A stretch of DNA of 63,173 nucleotides, counting the filler, from Octopus bimaculoides (lineage: Eukaryota): the NCBI RefSeq assembly GCF_001194135.2. It is 4 parts of 4 records of this genome, joined end to end, with 100 filler letters (N's around TTAATTAATTAA, not from the genome) between each part and the next. Parts side by side here need not be neighbours in the genome. Positions count along the whole stretch, not along the records: positions 53,433 to 60,271 come from NC_068995.1; positions 60,372 to 63,173 come from NC_068993.1; 2 more parts are not named here. One strand, given 5' to 3'. Below the pieces are notes generated by a model. The model worked only from the letters and a program-made list of their open reading frames with translations. It had not been told where the DNA came from and searched no databases. A program made the position numbers and the translations under genes. Shown here in pieces: positions 54,495 to 63,173 of the stretch (its first letter is position 1; every line of letters begins with the position of its first letter).

Positions 54495-55123
54495 GTAGAA
54501 AGAGGAGGAGGAGGAGGAGGAGGAGGAGGNNNNNNNNNNNNNNNNNNNNNNNNNNNNNNNNNNNNNNNNNNNNNNNNNNNNNNNNNNNNNNNNNNNNNNN
54601 NNNNNNNNNNNNNNNNNNNNNNNNNNNNNNNNNNNNNNNNNNNNNNNNNNNNNNNNNNNNNNNNNNNNNNNNNNNNNNNNNNNNNNNNNNNNNNNNNNNN
54701 NNNNNNNNNNNNNNNNNNNNNNNNNNNGGAGAAGAAGATGAATAAGAAGAAGAAGAAGGAGAAGAAGAAAAAGGAGGAGGAGGAGAAGAAGAAGAAGAAG
54801 AAGGAGGAGGAGGAGGAGAAGGAGAAGAAGAAGAAGAAGAAGAAGAAGAGGGAGGAGGAGGAGGAGAAGAAGAAGAAGAAGGAGGAGAAGAAGAAGAAGA
54901 AGAAGAAGAAGAAGAAGAAGAAGAAGAAGAAGGAGGAGGACAAAAACGACAACAAGAACAATAACAGCAACAACTACATCAGCAGCGAAAGTTGTAAAGA
55001 ATAGAATTGAAAGAGAAAGTGAAACAACTAAAATATCAGAGATGATGATGGTGATGTTGATGGTGATGGTGATGATGACGATGATGATGATGATGATGAT
55101 GATGATGTTGATGGTGATGATGG

Positions 55124-55204
<81 letters not shown>

Positions 55205-55255
55205 CGACGACAAGGACCGCAATGACAGCATCAACAACAATAATAATAATAATAA
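54495..55255. repeat. Compound triplet microsatellite block (GGA/GAA, then GAT, then TAA), with an N gap
   Basis: Directly visible; source of the poly-K/E/F/M ORFs. Confidence 0.9.
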
Positions 55256-55510
55256 GCCACCTCTTATATATATGGATGGCCTATAACTATACGCTACAAA
55301 TGATAAACAGCTGGAATCATAACTACAGACTACATGGATTTGGAAAGAAATAAATATGAAATTTGGCTTAGAAAAATGTGCCAAATGAACCTTGAAAAGA
55401 GGAAAACTAGTTAAGAGTAGCAACATCACACTAGATAAAGGAAATTAAATAAGAGAGTTAGACCAAAGCCAGATATACAAATACTTGGGAATCAATGAAC
55501 TAGATATGAT
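55254..55510 (+). mobile_element. R4/Dong-like RT C-terminal fragment starting after (TAA)n
   Basis: SHLLY..MDGL*LYA, INMKFGLEKCAK, IYKYLGI. Confidence 0.7.
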
Positions 55511-56176
55511 ACACACAAACCAAAACCACGTGATGCTGCAGAAAATCTTTGCATCCCTACCGGGGATATAACGGCGAAAATGCCCAGCCTGAAGAGAAAT
55601 CAAACGGCTTACGATGATGCGTGCAGTGTTGCCGTGAGCATGTTTGGACACGCTTCCAGGATCCGATTCTGAATACGACTTTTTCTTGTTAATGGGCAAC
55701 AACAAAGCCTCATATATGTCAACAAGCAACATCTGTGCACCGATAAGATCTAAGCTATTTGTAATAAAAATATAACTTAGATCTCAGGAAAACAAACATA
55801 ATATAAAGAAAAATTACTTAGATCTGAGTAAAATAAAGAAAACAAAGAGAAATGTAAATATTAAGGTGAACGAGTATTATCTAATACTGGTGTATCAACG
55901 ATTTTATTGACTTGACGTTCTCGACATTTTATTCGGCTGACCTTTGATGAAACGAGCTGCTTTTACCGATGCTAAAGGGCACGAGTCTATCTGCGAGGGG
56001 GATCAAAACCGGAAGTATTTCTATGGTCCCCCGCAAACTCCAGATTGTTACGCATTGGCTTCATTCAGGATTAACCAGCCCTTTTCAGCAGGACATATCT
56101 TCGTTCCTCGGTTAGTTTTGTTTCCGGCAAACTTGCAATCGTCTCCTCAGTAGACTATCAACAATGGGGTGCCGGT

Positions 56177-56222
<46 letters not shown>

Positions 56223-56717
56223 CCACACACACTTATATATATCAGTGTGTGCGCGTGTATATATATATATGTATATATATATGTTATATATATATATATA
56301 NNNNNNNNNNNNNNNNNNNNNNNNNNNNNNNNNNNNNNNNNNNNNNNNNNNNNNNNNNNNNNNNNNNNNNNNNNNNNNNNNNNNNNNNNNNNNNNNNNNN
56401 NNNNNNNNNNNNNNNNNNNNNNNNNNNNNNNNNNNNNNNNNNNNNNNNNNNNNNNNNNNNNNNNNNNNNNNNNNNNNNNNNNNNNNNNNNNNNNNNNNNN
56501 NNNNNNNNNNNNNNNNNNNNNNNNNNNNNNNNNNNNNNNNNNNNNNNNNNNNNNNNNNNNNNNNNNNNNNNNNNNNNNNNNNNNNNNNNNNNNNNNNNNN
56601 NNNNNNNNNNNNNNNNNNNNNNNNNNNNNNNNNNNNNNNNNNNNNNNNNNNNNNNNNNNNNNNNNNNNNNNNNNNNNNNNNNNNNNNNNNNNNNNNNNNN
56701 NNNNNNNNNNNNNNNNN

Positions 56718-56750
<33 letters not shown>

Positions 56751-57586
56751 AAGAGTTACGGAATGGAGTAGATAAGATCCAGAATACATATGTTTCATAG
56801 CAAGCGGAACCTCGGAAGTGGTAAATATCCGACCGAGATGTATACCTCAGGCTAATCTTCAGGCCAAGGATATCTTGATTAAATGAAATGTGACATTGTC
56901 GCGATGAGGAACAGGTTGACACATGGAAAGTTCAATTATATATGTAATCTGTATGTATATGCGTATATACACAAATATGTATGCTTGCGTTGGTGTGTGT
57001 GTGGATGTATATATGGATGGAAAATGAAGTGTGATAGAGAGGAAGAGAAAAGATATAATGAATGAAAGAAAAATATGGTTGAAAAATGAGCAAGCATTGT
57101 CTCACGTGTAACGAATAAGATAAACGGTACGGCCAGTCATAATGTCTTCCATGGATGATCCGCTTACAATAATCGATGCAATGACTGAGATATTAATAAA
57201 AAAATATATAAGCAAAAAATAAAGAAATGAAAATCAAAACTGAAAACAAAATAAAAAGGGGGCGGGGAGAAAACCAGAAAAAGAAAAGGTCTCACCGATC
57301 GTTAACCGGACATCGATCGAATTTGACTGGTGACGAAGCCTGTGTTTCATTGAAGATGATAATGATGATGATGATGATGGTGCTATCACCGCCTATTAAT
57401 CTTGTTTAAACTCAATATATTGTTCTCATTTAATTGACTTTCTTGCATTGGTTCATCAATGTATTAACTCGACATGGTTGCCAAAATCTACGCTGGCTAC
57501 CAGTAACTAATATTTGTCTCTCGTTCAATCACTCTTTCTTTGTCACACACACACACTCACGCACACACTCACACACACACACACAC

Positions 57587-57617
<31 letters not shown>

Positions 57618-58878
57618 TACAGACATACACTCTCATAAATAGACATATATAAATAGATATAGATACCCTTATATTTATATATATATATATATGTCCCTAG
57701 ATATATATAAACATATANNNNNNNNNNNNNNNNNNNNNNNNNNNNNNNNNNNNNNNNNNNNNNNNNNNNNNNNNNNNNNNNNNNNNNNNNNNNNNNNNNN
57801 NNNNNNNNNNNNNNNNNNNNNNNNNNNNNNNNNNNNNNNNNNNNNNNNNNNNNNNNNNNNNNNNNNNNNNNNNNNNNNNNNNNNNNNNNNNNNNNNNNNN
57901 NNNNNNNNNNNNNNNNNNNNNNNNNNNNNNNNNNNNNNNNNNNNNNNNNTTAAATTATCATTAATAAAAATAGAGGCGAGCGGGAATAAGAGACTGTTGC
58001 AAATAAAAATGTAAAATGTTGCCTGCAACGAATTAAGAGTGTCTATTATTAAACATTAAATTCTACTCCGCAGCGAATACAATGAGTACTTATATTTATG
58101 AAGAACTGGACGCAGTGAATGCAATGAATGTTTAAATTTGCGAGAATTTGGAGTTAAAAAATTCAATAAACAGTAGAAGTTGAAATTCTAGGAAATTTCT
58201 TAGAACATGAATTTATAAAAATATTTCCTCACACTTTCCGTCGCGTTGTTGCCTTTATTGATTTCATAAAGCAAAATACGTCGAATATGCTCCTTTGTCA
58301 CTTCTATTATAGCATTGAAAAGACAACTATTAAAATCGACCTGCACTGTAAAATTATAAAATCGACCTGCAAGGTAAAATTATAACCTGCTTTTTATAAC
58401 AAGGTGATGCAGGTAGTTTATCCCGCCTCCTCCGACTTTTACTTTATGCATATGAAAAACCGCATTATTTACGGAATGATCCAATACATACGTAGAAAAG
58501 AGCATAAGTATATAAAACAAACAGGAATTGCTAACTGGCTTAATCTTTTACTTATAGCTATATTAATTCTTTGATCATGGAATTACCATACGCATATACC
58601 TTTCATTCTGCTCTTTCCTTCATTGCTCGACGAACTGGAAACTACAAATATTACGAGTTTGGGATATTCTTCATTTCAATATTTTCTTTGTTCTCTCACT
58701 CCGATGACGGAATACATAGCTTCTTCAACATCATGACTTATATGCTTAGCTATTCTAGAAACAGCTGTAAGAGACTTTACCTATTTCTCACAACTCCGTG
58801 CATTATGCTTATATTCTATTCTCAAATGTTTCCGCAGTGGTGCCAAATGTATTGCCTATTACTGTTCTATTTTAATCT

Positions 58879-58935
<57 letters not shown>

Positions 58936-59462
58936 CTNNNNNNNNNNNNNNNNNNNNNNNNNNNNNNNNNNNNNNNNNNNNNNNNNNNNNNNNNNNNNNN
59001 NNNNNNNNNNNNNNNNNNNNNNNNNNNNNNNNNNNNNNNNNNNNNNNNNNNNNNNNNNNNNNNNNNNNNNNNNNNNNNNNNNNNNNNNNNNNNNNNNNNN
59101 NNNNNNNNNNNNNNNNNNNNNNNNNNNNNNNNNNNNNNNNNNNNNNNNNNNNNNNNNNNNNNNNNNNNNNNNNNNNNNNNNNNNNNNNNNNNNNNNNNNN
59201 NNNNNNNNNNNNNNNNNNNNNNNNNNNNNNNNNNNNNNNNNNNNNNNNNNNNNNNNNNNNNNNNNNNNNNNNNNNNNNNNNNNNNNNNNNNNNNNNNNNN
59301 NNNNNNNNNNNNNNNNNNNNNNNNNNNNNNNNNNNNNTATCTCTGTGGAAATACTGAATTTTCTATAATCTGCTTAAATCTCTACAAAAGTTCCAAGTTA
59401 AGAAACGGTCATTTTGACCTCTGAATTACCTGTTTCTTTCTTTCTTTCTTTCTTTCTTTATT

Positions 59463-59502
<40 letters not shown>

Positions 59503-59647
59503 TTCTTCCTACGTAATATTTACTCTTCCTCCTACTCCTCTATTCGCAGTCGTCGTTCTTGCTATCTCTCTCTATTTCTCTCTCTCTCCCTCTCTCCACA
59601 CGCATGTACCCACACACACATACACACACATACAAACACGCGCGCGC

Positions 59648-59685
<38 letters not shown>

Positions 59686-59871
59686 TTATATGTGTATATA
59701 TATTATATATAATATACGCGTATAAATGAACAAACACATACATATGTACGCTTATTGCACACACTCATACATACACACATAATCCCTACACAAATGCATT
59801 TATAGAGACACACTAATATATGCATACAAACATATCTACAAACATACACACACAATCAGCTATCTACCTAC

Positions 59872-59935
<64 letters not shown>

Positions 59936-60749
59936 GCATCTGTCTGTCTGGGTGTGTCTGTCTGGGTGTGTCTGTCTGTCTTTCTATTTATCTGTCTGCC
60001 TGTCTGTCTGTGTATCAATCTACATATCTACCACCCTTTCTACTTTCGTTCCCACCCATCTCTCTCTCTCACTCTCTCTCTCTCTCACTCGCTCTCTCTC
60101 ACTCTCTCTCTCTCTCTCACTCGCTCTATCTCACTCTCTCTCTCGCTCACTCTGTCTCTCTCTCTCACACTCTCTCTCTCACTCTCTCTCTCTCTCTATG
60201 TGTGTGTGTGTGTGTGTGTCTGAGTGTGTGCATATATGTATATATACGTATATGTATATATATATATATATNNNNNNNNNNNNNNNNNNNNNNNNNNNNN
60301 NNNNNNNNNNNNNNNTTAATTAATTAANNNNNNNNNNNNNNNNNNNNNNNNNNNNNNNNNNNNNNNNNNNNCGTCACCCCTCCCTCATAACCCCACCTTA
60401 CCTACCCCATCCCTTACACCCACTCCTACATACCCCACCTCTACTCCCACCCTCAGCCTAACATACATACTTGTATATCTACCTATACACACACACACAT
60501 GTATCCTTACCAAGGAACTGAAACCCTGACTCTATATTTCTGACACTGATTTCAACTCTGTGACTAGAAAGAATGTATAAAAATGTGATAAATCACACCA
60601 AAAGACACTTCAAGAATCCCTTGATGAAAACACCAGGAACCAACTCACTAATTCACTTAATTACTCCACTCATTAGTTAATTATTTAGTTTTCTGTTTTT
60701 TTTACATTAAATAGAAAGATTTTTTGTTTCGGAGAAAATAGAAAATTTT

Positions 60750-61100
60750 GTTTAGTGATCAAGTTATATATCGCCGAGCGAACAAGGATGCTCCAAGACT
60801 CCCTGAAACCCGAATCACTGAGCATTCACCAGGAAATTTACAAGCATGTACGGGATTCTCCATTCTCCGATTAGACCCGGAAGGGTCCTTACGATCCAAA
60901 AGCAGCCCAAAAGATAGATCCCACGTTCTCGCACTTTTGGCCCACAAAAACTTGTCTAAGGGAGGTAACCCCGTCCTCACTGACACTGAGTATTTATTCT
61001 TTGGTAACTAGTTGACCAAATGACCGTAACGGACTTCTGCCTCCTGGAGGTTACGTTTGTCTTCTGGTGGATGCAAAACCATTGGTCAGTCAATGACCGG
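60750..61100 (+). mobile_element. Possible Penelope-like GIY-YIG remnant
   Basis: ...RLPETRITEH resembles the R.L..RI.EH motif; degenerate. Confidence 0.3.
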
Positions 61101-61177
61101 ACATAGGCTTAACTACTTACACACACACACATATACATATATTCATTTGTATGAAATTTTATATGTGTATGCATATG

Positions 61178-61267
<90 letters not shown>

Positions 61268-63111
61268 CGTAATTGAAAGAAAGAAAATGGAGAAAAATGG
61301 GTGTATGAATGATTTATTTGTATGAAATAAAGATGTTGACAGTTTTTAAAAACATAACAACACAAATAAATTATAAGTTGTAATATGTATTACTACATTG
61401 TGTGTGTGTGGAATTGGTGAAGCCAATGTTATATCACAACACACTCGTCCATGATTTCACACTAGGGAATCAAACCCAGAACCATATGGTTATGAAGTGA
61501 AATTCTTCACCAGAGAGCAACGTTTTCTTCCTTCTTAACACCTTTGTTCGTACACAGACATGTTGGCAAGACACTGTATCTTCTTCTTCCATTCACTTCT
61601 TATAGACTTCTCATTCAACACTCTGTCTTTTACCATTCCTGCCAAGAGAGAACGACTTCCTTGTTTGTAATTACCATTTCCTCTTTACTGACACTGAAAT
61701 ACTATCGACTGCAAACATCAGTTGCTACGTTCGGCAATCGTACACAACAACCAAATGCATCTATCAACACAACTCAACCCCAAGTTGGAAGAAACAAGAA
61801 ATAAATTAAGGAAAAAAAAAAAAAAAGAAGACATTTCGACATCTTTTCACTTTACAAAGCTTTAAAGATTGTCAGAAAAATACGTTGGACTGTGTTGTTA
61901 AACGACTGAAATGGGAGTCTATGATCTCTTGGTTCAAACCTTGTCAGAGGGATTCAATCTTAAGATTAGGTTCCTTTTTGCTTTCTGAAGGAGAAAACAA
62001 ACACCAGCCATTCATTAAAAGAACTATATNNNNNNNNNNNNNNNNNNNNNNNNNNNNNNNNNNNNNNNNNNNNNNNNNNNNNNNNNNNNNNNNNNNNNNN
62101 NNNNNNNNNNNNNNNNNNNNNNNNNNNNNNNNNNNNNNNNNNNNNNNNNNNNNNNNNNNTACACGGTCATGCTCAAATGGTGCTTTTCACGTGCCACCGG
62201 CACGGGAGCCAGACAGCTGCTCTGGCAATGATCACGCTCGGATGGTGCTGCCAATCTAGTGTATCTCTTAAGCATGAAACTATAAGTAGCCCTTTTTCAA
62301 ATTGTATGTATGTGTGTGTGTCTGTGTGGGTGTATTGACACACGAAAGTCTGTACCGGTTTCTTTACATCTCTTGAAAGAATATCAAGAAAGGAAAACGT
62401 AGCAAACAAATATGTAATAAAGAAGTTACAAGAATTTATCGACCCTTGAAGTGTGAGACATTAAACCGTCTCAGATACTTACCATTTTCCTACGCTAGGA
62501 TTTCATTAATTTCATTTTCAGATCCCAAAGACTCTAAACATCAACAGATGGTAAACATGCCTTCTAACTCGTCCTTAAAATAACCTACTGTTCTGTAATG
62601 ATAGCAAGCAAGCAAGCAATACAAGACGAAAGAGAGGTCTTACATTTGTATGTAATATTAATAAGTTTACGAAGGAAATTGTAGATGTCGAGTGCAGATA
62701 TATTAAAATAAACAGTAACTATGGTTGTTGAACATGGTTTTGTGGTTGTGTGTATTCACGAAAATTAGGTCTTTTGGTTCGTGACAGAAAAATATTACAT
62801 GGTAGGAGATAAAAATATGGAGAACTGTCTGTCAGAAATATGAATGCATGTCTGTGTGTACGCGTATGTGTGTTTATGCGTATGTGTGTATGTGTATGTG
62901 TATATACACTCATATTTACATACACACACATACACACATACACACACGTATGTCTGTGAGTGCATGAGTATATGCACACTTAAGCACATACATACACTCA
63001 CAGATGAAAGATTGAGCTAACAAATAAGAAAAGAGTACTCTATACATTACTTGGTGTATCTACATATATAAATACACACACTCACCCACACACTCACACG
63101 CACACGTACAC

Positions 63112-63173
<62 letters not shown>

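Noticed and set aside
54455-55429. Poly-K/E, poly-F, poly-M and poly-S ORFs
   Set aside because: Translations of triplet microsatellites
56820-56868. Minus-strand CTGAAGAT...GGTCGGATA motif
   Set aside because: Stem II imperfect, GAAA absent, stem I out of register; at best a relic

Overview
AT-rich, microsatellite- and SINE-dense eukaryotic scaffold with many N gaps. The repeat families look like those of an octopus/coleoid cephalopod (inference from recalled repeat sequences, not a database hit). Two spliced protein-coding genes converge tail-to-tail. (1) On the minus strand, the CDK8/CDK19 orthologue (Mediator kinase): 12 coding exons are reconstructable between 11209 and 24427; part of exon 6 lies in an N gap and coding exon 1 is not visible. 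(2) On the plus strand, a 3-exon gene (619-7536) that the ORF track misses, encoding a 107-aa secreted protein with one 10-cysteine VWC/SVWC-like domain. Its 5-kb first intron holds a sense-strand minimal type I hammerhead ribozyme of the Penelope-associated dimeric kind, a ~237-bp near-perfect hairpin, and a (TTA)n array with several nested insertions. The rest of the window (about 30-63 kb) has no supportable host gene. It holds decayed LINEs (R4/Dong-like, Tx1/L1-like, possibly Hero- and Penelope-like), DNA transposon remnants (Tigger/pogo, mariner/Tc1), SINEs and simple repeats. Most ORF-track entries are microsatellite or N-gap artefacts.
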